From NCBI RefSeq assembly GCF_006345805.1, contig NC_043002.1:15376001-15440000 (forward strand): a stretch of 64,000 bases of DNA. The letters are read 5' to 3'. Position numbers and translations under genes: made by a program. A model generated the notes under the pieces. That model did no database searches. It was not told the DNA's origin and worked only from the letters and a program-made list of their open reading frames with translations. Source of the DNA: Octopus sinensis (taxonomy: Eukaryota). Shown here in pieces: positions 51,620-63,802 of the stretch (within the stretch, counting starts at the first letter, position 1; the number at the start of each line of letters is the position of its first letter).

Positions 51620-52431
51620 CATATATATATATAATATAATATATATATATCAGGATACACACGTACATATATGTACGCACACACGTATATATTATATATA
51701 TTATTTTAAAATTGTGTACATTTTTTAATATATATATACATACATACATACATACATACATACATACATACATACATACATACATACAAATACATATGTA
51801 TATAGAGCGACACGGAAACCCTGAGTATATATGTTATTCATTCCAGAATTCACTTTGCTTGTTTGGAAGGTTATTTCTCTTGCGTATGAGATACAACACT
51901 GTGTAAAAAAACTATTACTGTTTAACACTTCCACTGACAGATATGAAAGACCCTGCTGCGCAAATGTGTAATATTGCCAGTCTGTATTGTGTTTGTAAAC
52001 AATAAGATTGAGTGTATGAAAAGCTTCAATTATAACAGACAGCTCCATATATGTTGTACATACGAATCCGAGAAAAATATTGTTCGTATTTAAGAGCGAT
52101 GAAACAACATAGAGTCAAGCATAAAATGGAAAACTTCAAGGCAGGCTAGGAGCTCCCTGATGTAAGAGGGTCCATATGTCACAAATGTAATATAATTGGA
52201 GGATTTTATTGATTTCAAGAAGAATCACTCTAAAATAATGTGTGCACATTTGTCTTTCGTGGGATTGAGAGCTGACTAGCAACTCTAAAATATGAACCGA
52301 TCTAATATATCAAGACTGCCTGTTACAGGATGTATAGAATGATTCATCTGTTGTCAGCCGCCGCTACGAGAGGATTGACACAAATACAACGACGTTCACA
52401 TATCGGTACAGGCATACATAAATATGTTATA

Positions 52432-52466
<35 letters not shown>

Positions 52467-52516
52467 CTTGTTCCACATTCTCTTTGTGTTTTCATGTTGG
52501 ATTAACTTTATATATG

Positions 52517-52562
<46 letters not shown>

Positions 52563-52787
52563 GTATATATATATGTGTATATATATATATATAATATATA
52601 TATTATATAATAAAATATTAGGGAATATATCCAAATTTACAGGGAAAAAAAAATCAGATTAGGATTAAATCCAATTTTATAGTAAAATATTATAAAATAT
52701 TATTTGAGACAAAACCACTATTTTGCAAAACAAACAAGGAAAGACTTAATCAATACATAAAATTTAATAAATAGTCAAAAAAAACCG

Positions 52788-52830
52788 CCACTACAATCGT
52801 TTCTTGTCTTGATCGACAATCTTCAGGTGG
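52788..52830 (-). ncRNA. Type I hammerhead ribozyme motif
   Basis: CCAC-CUGAAGA-UUGUC-gaucaa-GACAA-GAAA-CGAUUG-UA-GUGG: perfect helices I and II, intact core, GUA triplet. Confidence 0.8.
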
Positions 52831-52964
52831 ACTTCCAATCTAAAAAATCAAAATTTTAAAATATAAAAATAATACTTTTAAATAATTAAAGTATAAATGA
52901 AAAATATAAGTATATAATCCATATATAACCTATATATAATCCATATCGAAAATATAGACTAATT

Positions 52965-54525
52965 ACACGAATTCCCTAAAAAAACCATGATAAAACAAAA
53001 CTCTTAAAAACATATAACGATAAAATCTCCCTTTGCTAAACTCTATAACAAACCTATAAAGTAAACCCCCTAACCTAAACATTCACACACAAATACACAC
53101 ACGTTAAACCACAGACTCACGACTTATACACATACCTATACTAACTTATAAACCTCAATATACACCAAAACCCACTCCCTCCCAACACAGACAAATTAAC
53201 ACATACATCCCAAAACCTAAATAACAAACCCATATACACATTCACACACAAAACACACACTCACACGCAAAACACTCACAACAAAAGATACATATACTCC
53301 CTCACATATACGCCTATACATACTCACTAAACTCGACATATACAACAATACTTACACACCCACAAAAAACATATATATACATTTATGAGCTTTAACTCAC
53401 CTTAGCATCTCTAACAAACAACTTGCAGTAACCCAATCCATTCTCTATGCCTACCTCACTACTACACTATTCCATTCACATTCCAAGCAACGCTAGTCCA
53501 CCACCCGGTTATTCACGTGGCAAAACGAACACCACTCAACAATTATGAATGAAACAATGTAAAAAAAATAACCAACACCTAAAATAGACAAAATACCACG
53601 AATTACCTAAAAAAACCATGATAAACCAAAACTCATAAAAACATATAACGATAAAATCTCCCTTTGCTAAACCCTATAACAAACTTATATAGCAATCCCC
53701 CTAACCTAAACATTCACACACAAAAAACCCACACGTAAACCACAGACCCAAGACTTATACACAATCTATACTAACTTATAAACCTCAATATACACCAAAA
53801 ACCACTCCCTCCCCACACAGACAAATTAACACACATCCCAAATCCTAATAACAACCCAAATACACATTCACACACAAACACACACACACGCAAAACACAC
53901 CACACAACAGATACATATGCTCCCTCACATATACGCATATACATACTCACTAAAACTCGATATATAAACAATATTTACACCCACACTCATACAGATAAAT
54001 AAATTAATTATACAATTAAAAACTCACAACCAATCTCATATACTACCTAAACACTCTTATGAAACAACAATAAATACATCGTAATTAACCAAATATCAAA
54101 AATAACATTATGACATAAGGATAAATCAAATACATACTTACAATTCAGTTACAAATTATGAAGTGAAATTAGATTCTTAGCCGTTAAAAAACCAAACAAA
54201 ATTACGTTACCATGGAAATAACTAATGTAAAAAAAGAATACGCGCCATAGAAAGTAAACGTCATTCATATTCATAGTATGAATGGAAATATAATAAATGG
54301 AACTAAAAACTATTTCCACTAGCAAACCAACGCTACTTAAAAAAAATTTATTATGAATGGATTCTTTAAAAACTATCATGAAAAATCAATTATATACATT
54401 TATGAGCTTTAGCTCACCCTAGCACTCTAACAAACAACTTACAGTAACCCATACTCAATGCCTACCTCATTACCACCCTAATCCATTCACAATTCCAAGC
54501 AACACTAGTCCACCACCCGGTTACA
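52965..54525. repeat. About 630-bp G-poor unit duplicated in tandem; second copy has about 390 bp extra
   Basis: cacgaatt..ctaaaaaaaccatgataaa at about 52966 and 53597; catttatgagcttt...ccaccacccggtta at about 53378 and 54396. Confidence 0.85.
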
Positions 54526-56478
54526 ATTCCCAACTCTACCCATTCATTCACAATTTCAACGACGTTCCCTTCAACAACTCTACATATAAGCCTCAACATA
54601 TACACCGGAGATACACTTACACATCCGTGAGGAGGGGTGAGAGTATACATTAAGTGTAGTGATGGGGCTCCCATTTCTAAACACATTTGTACCTGTGTGG
54701 TTTCTCCATGTGTATATTCACGCACGGGTATAAATACAAGGGGTACACGCTCACTTCATTTACGTGTACCCCTCACATGTACATATGCATACTATTTTGG
54801 CTCGATATATGCACAAATGTAATCACGCGCCGCCCGTATGTGTGAGCATTCACTGGTTGTGCAATTCACCCATCTGGGTGTGATTGTGTGTAAACTTATC
54901 ACTGTGGAGGTCGAGCTTGATACGTATATATAGTGTGTATTAGGGGTTGTACGTACTAATTATGTTCATGTGCTTCACGCACTTGCGTCCATGTATGGAG
55001 AATATATGGGATTACTATATAGGTGTAATAGGTATGGGGGAGTTTTTTTCATTGTATGGGTGTGGGTTCATTTGTGATGGTGGTTAGTTGGTGATTATTA
55101 GTATGTTCTGTATATTAGGGCTAGTATGTATTATTCAAGTGTGTATAATTGTATACATATAATTGGTGTGAATGGGATTACATTACTACCCCATTTTTTT
55201 TTTTATTTTTTTTTTTATTTTTTTTTTTATTATTTTTAGGGGATGTATGTGTTTATTTATCCATGTGGGGCTGGAGTGGCCGTTAGTTGCATATGCTGAG
55301 GCTCACATGCAAACCCAAGTACAACGAATGAAGTGGGCACTTATAATTGTTATGGGTGTGTACTTTATTATAAAGACAATACCCAAATAAAATCTGTCAA
55401 TTCAACATACAAATAAAAAACAAAAAACAAAGGGATCTTAAACTTCACACATACATACAAAACTCAATAAAAAACCCACTAATTAACACCCAAAACATAT
55501 AAATATCCTCAAATACATATAACAAATGCAAAATAAAAATACATAATAAAATAAAATAAATAAAAATAAAATAAAAAAATAAAAAAATCTAATATAAATT
55601 ATTAAAGTTTTAACGTACCATAAACTGCTAAATTAATATACATTAAAAATGAACTAATTAAAACAAAGAATATCAATAAAGACTAACTATAATTAAATCC
55701 TAGACAACATAACCAAAATATCTCATCTAAACTAATTTAAACTAAACTAAAATAACCTAAAAGGGAACTATTATTGCTATTTATCATGAAACTTATTATA
55801 TAAGTAAAGTAACTTGTGTCCACATTTTATTTTGCGCTCCTCCCCAGTATTAAGTAATTTAATCATACTATAAAATAAAATTTCTTTAAACTCATTAGAG
55901 CATAAATAACACAATTAGCTCCTATATTATATGATTTAGTTTTACAAATTATTTCCCATATTAAACTATAATTAATATTTAGTGATTTAAGACTCCAAAT
56001 ATACTTACTAAGTCCGGTTGAGTTGATTAAGTTTTTATTTTTAAAAGAATTCATATGTTGTGTGCAATTCTTAGTTTTATTTTTGAGGACGTAGAACCTA
56101 TATAAACCGCTTTTTGTAATTATTATTCTTAAAGTTATTATCATGTATGTACTATACATTTATACACTACATCGTTAATATCACAATTACTATTTAATAT
56201 ACAATTAGATTTATCTCTACATGTACATTAATATAAGTCGTATCATTATTAATATTATTATCAAATATTTCTTTTTATAAAATTATTCAGTTTATATTTA
56301 TTAAATGAAGAAATAATGTTCCACAACATTAGTGGTAGAGTAACCAACTCCAAAATTATTAAAAGAGAAAATGTTTCTATATTTACGATTATCTCTAATA
56401 ATAGTTCTATAACATCTAAAATCTCTTTAATAATATTCGTTTTAACTTGATCTCCATAAGAACTATATATATATATAC

Positions 56479-56531
<53 letters not shown>

Positions 56532-56553
56532 ATATATATATTATATATAATTA

Positions 56554-56644
<91 letters not shown>

Positions 56645-56689
56645 CGTGTGTGTGTGTGTGTATTCTTGTTCCAGCTCAGAGCTGCGGCC

Positions 56690-57510
56690 ATTTATTAAAA
56701 TATGACAGATTACTCCAAAGCGATTATCAGTTTGCTCTCAGCTAGGTATCCAAAATATATTATTCGACAATTAATATATAAATTGAAGCAAGTTCTTATA
56801 GAATAAGAAGATAGACGAATATTTCGTCGGATAATTCTGAATATATTTCCTTGACCATATTCGGGGATTTTTTTTAGTATAAATATTGATAATATTAAAA
56901 ATAAGGATTACACCGGAGTAGCAATAGTATTACCTCATTTCTATAATTATATACGGACACTTAAGACCTGCACATGTTTCAGTTACACCGATTAGTATTA
57001 GTGCATTCTCTCCAGGTTCTTAACTTAATATCTCTCGCTATGGCCGTTTAATGTTTTTTTTTTTATAAAGTCTGTGTTTTATAATTTACAGTTGTCCTTT
57101 AATTCAGACGTGAACAATCTCTATTTGAAGTTCTTATTGGATATCATTTTTAGTCCATCATTTAAAAACCCTGTATCTGATAAGTGTTCATTTATACTTC
57201 GCAAATGTGAATTTCCTCAGATGCAAACATCTCAGTGCTGGATACTGTCAAGAATTTATTACTTTACCCTCGGATGTGAAAATCCTGTAAACGTCTTCTT
57301 AACATAGATCACATGTATTTGTTCCAGCTCTGAATGGTTTTACAGTATAAATTAACTTCCATTTACTCTTACGGTTCTTGTTACTGCCCTTAAAAGACCA
57401 GATTAATTTGCTAAGACTCGTTTGGAAACTTTTATTTTTGCCTTTAAATGAACTCAAATGATTTGTCAGTCTCCTCTTGAAAATTTATGATGTCCCACTA
57501 AGTTTAAAGA
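56690..57510 (-). mobile_element. Second 5'-truncated Penelope-like element (different subfamily)
   Basis: FKRRLTNHLSSFKGKNKSFQTSLSKLIWSFK...WKLIYTVKPFRAGTNTCDLC*EDVYRIF...RCLHLRKF; degenerate hammerhead at 56963-57021. Confidence 0.8.
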
Positions 57511-57642
57511 ATTCTTAATCATCATATCTAATTATATATTTATATATTACAGTTTTAGTTTTAAACATGATTAATACATAAAATTTCTGTCTGTCTGTCT
57601 CTCTCGCACTCTTTCTGCTTTTCTCTCTCTCTCTCTCTATCT

Positions 57643-57699
<57 letters not shown>

Positions 57700-57892
57700 A
57701 ATATATATAAGAACGTATGTATGAATGTTGTATATATATATATATATATAGTTCAGATTTATAGAAAACAAAAGACGAAGAAAGGTGTATAAACAGCAAG
57801 CAGTTGTATTAGTTTGACGGTCGGGAAGGTGAAAATATCTGTTACGTTTCAAGTCTACGCTCATCAGCAGGAAGGTACACGAGTAAATAAAG

Positions 57893-58300
57893 AGACAGGA
57901 GTGGCTGTGTGGTAAGTAGCTTGCTAACCAACCACATAGTTCCGGGTTCAGTCCTACTGCCTGGCATCTTGGGCACGTGTCTTCTGCTATAGCCCCGGGC
58001 CGACCAATGCCTTGTGAGTGGATTTGGTAGACGGAAACTGAAAGAAGCCTGTCGTATATATGTATATATATATATATATATGTGTGTGCGTTTGTGTATC
58101 TGTGTTTGTCCCCCTAGCATTGCTTGACAACTGATGCTGGTGTGTTTATGTCCCCGTTACTTAGCGGTTCGGCAAAAGACCGATAGAATAAGTACTGGGC
58201 TTACAAAAGAATAAGTCCCGGGGTCGATTTGCTCGATTAAAGGCGGTGCTCCAGCATGGCCGCAGTCAAATGACTGAAACAATTTAAAAGAGTAAAAAAA
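57893..58300 (+). mobile_element. SINE family 1, near full length
   Basis: Matches 2573-2987. Confidence 0.9.
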
Positions 58301-58871
58301 AAGGAGTAGACAGAATTTTTTTTTAAATGTGGATTCTTCTTCTTTTCTTCTTCTTCTTCTTCTTCTTCTTCTTCTTCTTTTCTTCTTCTTTTTCTTCACA
58401 TATTCATTACTGCAGCATCAACACTCATATAAACGCACATACATATGCACTAAATCCAAAATCTATCGCAGCGCCTCTGCCACACCTCACATATCGAAGT
58501 AGAACTTAAAATTTCGTACTTTATAGGAACAATCAGTAATCATGATAAGCAAAAGACGGATGAATCAGAGTTAAACACGGGAATATTCGGTTATTTCCGT
58601 GAGTTTCATTTTTCTTTTTAAATGGAACTCTCGTAACAGCTTCTTAAATAGGAACACTTATTTTAACATGACTTCTTGTGTAAAGCGTGGTAAATTTTCC
58701 TCCCAGTTGTAAGTTCATATCATGATATGTAAACGTATTTTTCACAGTATTGTACAAGAATTAAAAACAATAGCAGTTTCATCGTTCTTTTTTAATTTTT
58801 CAGTGAAATGTCGCACATGCATATGTTAGGCCTCTAGGAAAACATAAGGAATGAGAATGAAGTAACTACAA

Positions 58872-59100
58872 AACAAACTTATACCGATATATGTGCATAT
58901 AAACATATATATAGACACATGCCTATACACACATACAAAAAAGGCATGCAGACGCATGTTTAAGCATCAGCAGATTACACATTGCTACTTAAAATAGGCA
59001 CATGGCACAGTTGAGGTTCTTATTCTGTCATGGCTACACTACATACTAAAATGCTAGTACAGTAAGAATATAGAATATGAATATACATATGTCAAAATAG
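58872..59100 (+). repeat. About 220-bp diverged direct repeat, copy 1 (copy 2 at 61618-61833)
   Basis: Shared gcacagttgagg...gtaagaatatagaatatgaatataca..tgtcaaaa. Confidence 0.85.
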
Positions 59101-59137
59101 GCGTAGGATTGGCTATGTGGTAAGTAGCTTCTTACCA
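59101..59137 (+). mobile_element. SINE family 1 5' end (remainder at 61208-61612)
   Basis: gcgtaggattggctatgtggtaagtagcttcttacca. Confidence 0.75.
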
Positions 59138-61207
59138 GACAGACGTGCTGTTTTTTGCTCCGGCAAATGTCACGTGTTAACGTGAATTATTGAACATTTA
59201 CGGCAACAGGTAGGACATTTTGGATATTTTTGGAGGCATAGTGAGGTTTATTGCTTGCCGTTAATACTTTTTTGGCATTAATGTTAATTAGTGTTAACAC
59301 ATTTCTGCGCGTAATAAGCTTCACTTGCTTCGGATGTATTTGTTCTGCCTGTTGGCGTATTTATTGTCTCACCTTTTAGTGAGAATTGTGTATTTTGAAG
59401 AGGCATAGCCCCTCCTCAAAAATTAATTTGTTCGCTTGGATTTATCACGGAGAACCAATTGTGCTTGGATTTACCACGGAGAACCAATTGTGCTTGGATT
59501 TACCACGGAGAACCAAGTGTGCTGCAACTAGGAGTACCCTGTTTCGTGAGGATTACCAGTTGCAGAACTGTGTTGCCATTATTTGAACTGTCTTCCTTCG
59601 TCCTTTTCTCTGTTCTGTCTTTCTGTTCTGTCATTGTGTTTTTTTCTTATTGGACTTTGAACTTTTAGTTGAACTTTTTTTCAAAATCATGGCAACAAAA
59701 GAAACCACTGCTTTGGAATGGGAGGTTGTCCCACCCAAGCAGTGGATTGAAAGTCTTGAGAAGAGGACGGTGGTCCTACGAACCTATTCTAGGTCGCGTA
59801 GAGCTATCGCCCTCTTCGACAGGAGCACCATAGAGAAAGAGTTGGGGGACCACCTACCAACGATAAATTTTACTTCTCGGGGGAGTAAATTTGCAACGGT
59901 GTGGTTGCTGTTTGGTACCCCCGAGGAAGCTAGCAGATTTGCTAGCGAGCCACTGGAGGGAGAGGAAATTTTGTTCCTCCCCTCGTATTGTGGCAGAAAA
60001 GTAAAAAGAGCCTGGGTTTGTGGGCTGCCCCCGGGCACGGAGGCGGAATGGATCGAGAAGACCATCCGGCGAGGCCTGGGGGATAGCGGACCCAGGTTAC
60101 TGTGTGAAAATGGCTCCCGCGGTCGCCTGGGAGGGGTCAAAGGCAACTTTGACCCTGTGGACACCGGTGGCCGTGGGAGAAATGAAATTCCCGGACTTCC
60201 TGAGAATACCTGGGCACAGGTACCCGGTGATACTCGAGGGACGCCCCCCCCCCCAAGTGTCACCTGTGCCTGAAGCCCGGACATATCAAGAGGAATTGTC
60301 CCGGGGGCCGTGGTGGTGCCCCGGAGCATCAAGGGGAAAAGGCGCCCGCCGCCCCCTCATTGGAGGGGGAGACGGTGGAAGTCGTGAAGGAGGTTGCCTC
60401 CACGAAAAGAAAGAGACAGGCGAGCAACAATGGCTACTCGCCAAAGAACGCTCAGGTGGCGAAGGGGGATAGCGATCCCCCGTGTCTGGTGACGGAGTCC
60501 CCTGGGTCAGCAGTCTCCCCCAAAAGAAGGAGGAGAAAAAGAAAGAAAGGTCGGGCGGCTGATATCCATGAGCCGCAGACGTTGGCGGGAACTGTGCCGC
60601 CAACGAAAGAACTGAACGTATTGGTCCTCTTCTATAGAGGAGGAGAAATTGAAAAAAAATGATGGAAGAGTACCACAAGGGAGCTACTTTAGCCTTCACA
60701 CAGGACCCCGAATGGCCTCCGCAGATAGCTGTGGAGGCCGTGGCGTTCGACGTGACACTTGGGCTAAAGGAGCTCAATGAAGATTATAGCTTGGTCCCGG
60801 GCGACGCGAACTCGGAACTTGATTACGTTCTGAGGGAGGAGTGTATGATGGTGGAAGGCGCGGGCACAAGCTATTTCGAGGACGATATGTAATTATTGAA
60901 CTGTTATTATTAGTAATGGACTGCTAAGTCCAAAAATTGAAAAATTGTAAGAGGTTTAATACCTCGTGTTGTAATAATGGACTGCTAAGTCCAAAAATTG
61001 GAAAAATTGTAAAAGGTTTAATACCTCGTTTTGTGTTTATCTTTAAAAAGAACAATGTTTTAGAGAAGCGAAAGTCGGCGGGCGCTTTTTGTCTTCTTCC
61101 ATCCTTCTCATCTGTCTTTCATTATCATTCACTTCATTAATGTCCTCGTCCAGCCTGCAAAGCTAACTTAATCTGTGTACTGCCTTTATGGCAAATGTTT
61201 TGAAATA
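59138..61207 (+). mobile_element. ORF1-only Tx1/L1-like non-autonomous element ('half-L1'-like)
   Basis: Imperfect about 17-bp duplication aagtagctt(g)ctta(c/a)ca at 59122-59137 and 61208-61224; three 29-bp 5' tandem repeats (59434-59520); Gag-like ORF; 61-bp 3' duplication (60914/60975); no EN or RT sequence. Confidence 0.7.
59689..60892 (+). CDS. ORF1/Gag-like nucleic-acid-binding protein, about 400 aa, three apparent frameshifts
   Basis: MATKETTALEW...; EGRPPPKCHLCLKPGHIKRNCP (CX2CX4HX4C, 60255-60299); basic PKRRRRKRKK; acidic end; no in-frame stops if single-base indels are placed at G5 (60078), C11 (60244) and A8 (60652). Confidence 0.7.
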
Positions 61208-61612
61208 AAGTAGCTTGCTTAACAACCACATGGTTCCGGGTTCAATCCCACTGCGTGTCACCCTGGGCAAGTGTCTTCTAATCGGGCCTCGGGCCGACCA
61301 AATCCTTGTGAGTGTATTTGGTAGACGAAAACTGAAAGAAGCCCGTCGTATATATGTATTTATATATATATATATATATGTATGTGTATTTGTGTGTGTG
61401 CGTGTGTGTGTGTGTGTTTGTCCCCCACCATCGCTTGACAATCGGTGCTGGTGTATTTACGTCCCTGTAACTTAGCGGTTCGGCAAAAGACACCGATAAA
61501 ATAAGTACTAGGATTACAAAGAATAAGTCATGGGGTCCATTTGCTCGATTAAAGGCGGTGATCCAGCATGGCCACAGTCAAATGACTAAAATAAGCAAAA
61601 GAGTAAAAGAGT
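61208..61612 (+). mobile_element. SINE family 1, remainder of the split copy
   Basis: Starts mid-head at aagtagcttgcttaacaaccacatgg; ends in (aaaagagt)n. Confidence 0.9.
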
Positions 61613-61617
61613 AAACG

Positions 61618-61833
61618 TGGCTTATACTTATATATGTGCACATAAACTTATATACAGACACAACCCTATACACACATACAAAAATGGCATGCAGTCAGAT
61701 GTTTAAGCAACCACAGATTATACATTGCTACTTAAAAATAAACACATAGCACAGTTGAGGTCATGGTTATACTTCATACTGAAACACTAGTACGGTAAGA
61801 ATATAGAATATGAATATACAGATGTCAAAAATA
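61618..61833 (+). repeat. About 220-bp diverged direct repeat, copy 2
   Basis: See 58872-59100. Confidence 0.85.
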
Positions 61834-62607
61834 GTTTTGTTTAGTATCATTTGCAAAATAAACATTTTAATCACTAATCGGGAAAAAGGAAACACTTAAT
61901 ATGTCTAATAGCTCGATGTTTCTTGGAATGTATGTTTTTAGTAAACGAGATTTTATTCAGTTGAAAACAGAAATTCCGTCGTTCTGTGATCTTTTTTATG
62001 AAAATGTTTTAGACAAACTATCGAGATTGTTCAATATTTTATATATTTGTTCTTAAAAGAAACGAACATATTTTCACGTTTACAAAAGATCTAAATATTT
62101 CTTTATAACATGTTACTTTCGCTATCAAAAAAACCTCAATTTTAAAAAATTAATCGAAAGTTTAAAGAACGTTAACGGAAATACAGTTACAACGAAATGT
62201 CAGGAAAGTCACAATATTGCCTTTGGTTATATGTCTAATTATAAATATCATATTTTATTTAAATACCATAGGTAATACTTAAAATATAGAAAAACAACTT
62301 ATTAATTTTCTATGCAAGAACTGTGTAGAATGACACCATAATTTTCAGAATGCCATAACACGTAAGTAGAAACCAATATGTTAAGTTCAATATCTCAAAG
62401 AAACCAATGTTAAAAAATTCCAAAACAATTAATCACGTAAATTTCAATTGTTTTATTTGTTTTTGTGAATTATTCCTGGTTCCTGTTTTTTTGATCTTTC
62501 AAAATAATTTGTTTTTAGTACTTTCTAGTTAAAATTTTCTAATGATTCAAGCAAAAAGAAAAAAAAAACAATTCGTTAGAATTTTTGCTATTGTTTTCTA
62601 AATGATT

Positions 62608-62870
62608 TTCTCATCATCATTGTTCGACCGTGGTCGAGACAATGGAATTTCATATGCTACGCCAGACTTCACGGTCCATCATGGCATTACGGAGGTCCTG
62701 TTGCTGGATGCCTGTAACCCTGGAGATTACATCAGGGTAGGAGTGTGTGCGCCCTCTGGTATTGCGAGTAGATGGCTTCCAGAGGAGAAGAGTAGAAATT
62801 ACCTCTTTTTTCAGCTCTACAACAATGTCCAGCAAACTGGACTCTCTTACCTTTCACAACGATTTTCTAG
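62608..62870 (-). mobile_element. RTE-type LINE 3' fragment with (TGA)n tail
   Basis: LLLWKPSTRNTRGR...DLRNAMMDREVWRSIVNSIVST then tgatgatga. Confidence 0.8.
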
Positions 62871-62906
62871 GATAATTAGTATATCGCTAACTTATTTCAC
62901 GATGGT

Positions 62907-63262
62907 GGAGGCGCAATTGCCCAGTTGGGAAAATGCTATGATGGACCGTAAAGTCTGGCGTAGCATAGTAAATTCCATTGTCTCGACCACGTACGAACAA
63001 TGATGATGATGATGGCCCAGTGGTTAGGGCAGCGGGCTCGCTAAAAGCTCCACGAGGCTCCGGCACCACGAGCGGAGGGTGGTGACCCCTGTTGTGCTCA
63101 ATCGCCACATCTTTCTGTCACTCTCTCCTCCCGTTTATTCAGTAACGCTACGATGGACTGGCGTCCTGTCCACGTGGGAGAATCACATACGCCATAGAAA
63201 CCGGGAAACCGCGCCAATGAGCCTGGCTAGGCTTGAAAAGGGCGACGTTTTTATTTCACAAT
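62907..63262 (+). mobile_element. SINE family 3 whose head is interrupted by an 83-bp RTE 3' end (62929-63011)
   Basis: Head ggaggcgcaat(t)gcccagt(t)gg duplicated as atggcccagtgg at 63012-63023 after the (TGA)n tail. Confidence 0.8.
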
Positions 63263-63406
63263 GAGCACTAAATTTCTCCGAGGTTTCAGTGCATGCACTA
63301 CCTTATTATTAAAAATTCTTTACGTTATATTTGTTGTTCTTCCTCACCTATAGTTGTTGTTCTTCTTCCTAATTCATACTCTTTTTATGTTTGATGCTGT
63401 ATTTTT

Positions 63407-63802
63407 TTATGTAGATACGCTTTTACATTGCTCAGTATTTTCTATTGTTAAACTGTGTTTAAAATAAGAAACTGTAAATGAAACTGAACGATGTCGTTGC
63501 TGAAGGGACCAAGATCTAAAGAAATCATCAGTTCTATTATCCTCCGAGCATTCGGCAGGGAATTTGTTACGTTTGTTCTCGAACTGAATCGTTATATTTT
63601 CCTTTTGAAAAATGGCCTTGTGCAATTTTTTGATGGCTTCTGGGAAAATGCCTCTGTAAACGTTTACAACAGATATTCCTTCCATCCCTATCATTAAATC
63701 AACATGAAACCATAACGGTTGAAAGACATCAAATACAAAGCGGCACGAAAAACAGAAATCGAGGCATATAATCCCTTTCAATCTGTAACATCCTTGCAAC
63801 AA
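63407..63802 (-). other. Unassigned 131-codon non-repetitive ORF (possible exon)
   Basis: Longest ORF not explained by repeats; no recognised motif. Confidence 0.2.

Larger units (their letters stand above)
52613..56460 (-). mobile_element. 5'-truncated Penelope-like element: RT C-terminus and GIY-YIG remnant plus about 3.2-kb 3' region
   Basis: [68 protein letters not shown], stop at 55777; frameshifted; (TA)n at both ends. Confidence 0.8.

Noticed and set aside
52850-55700. Mitochondrial insertion (NUMT) suggested by strong A/C skew
   Set aside because: No recognisable mitochondrial protein, rRNA or tRNA; contiguous with a GIY-YIG ORF and a PLE terminus. BLASTN to the mitogenome would settle it
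59434-59520. 29-bp repeats resembling a CRISPR array
   Set aside because: Contiguous tandem units with no spacers, eukaryotic context, no cas genes
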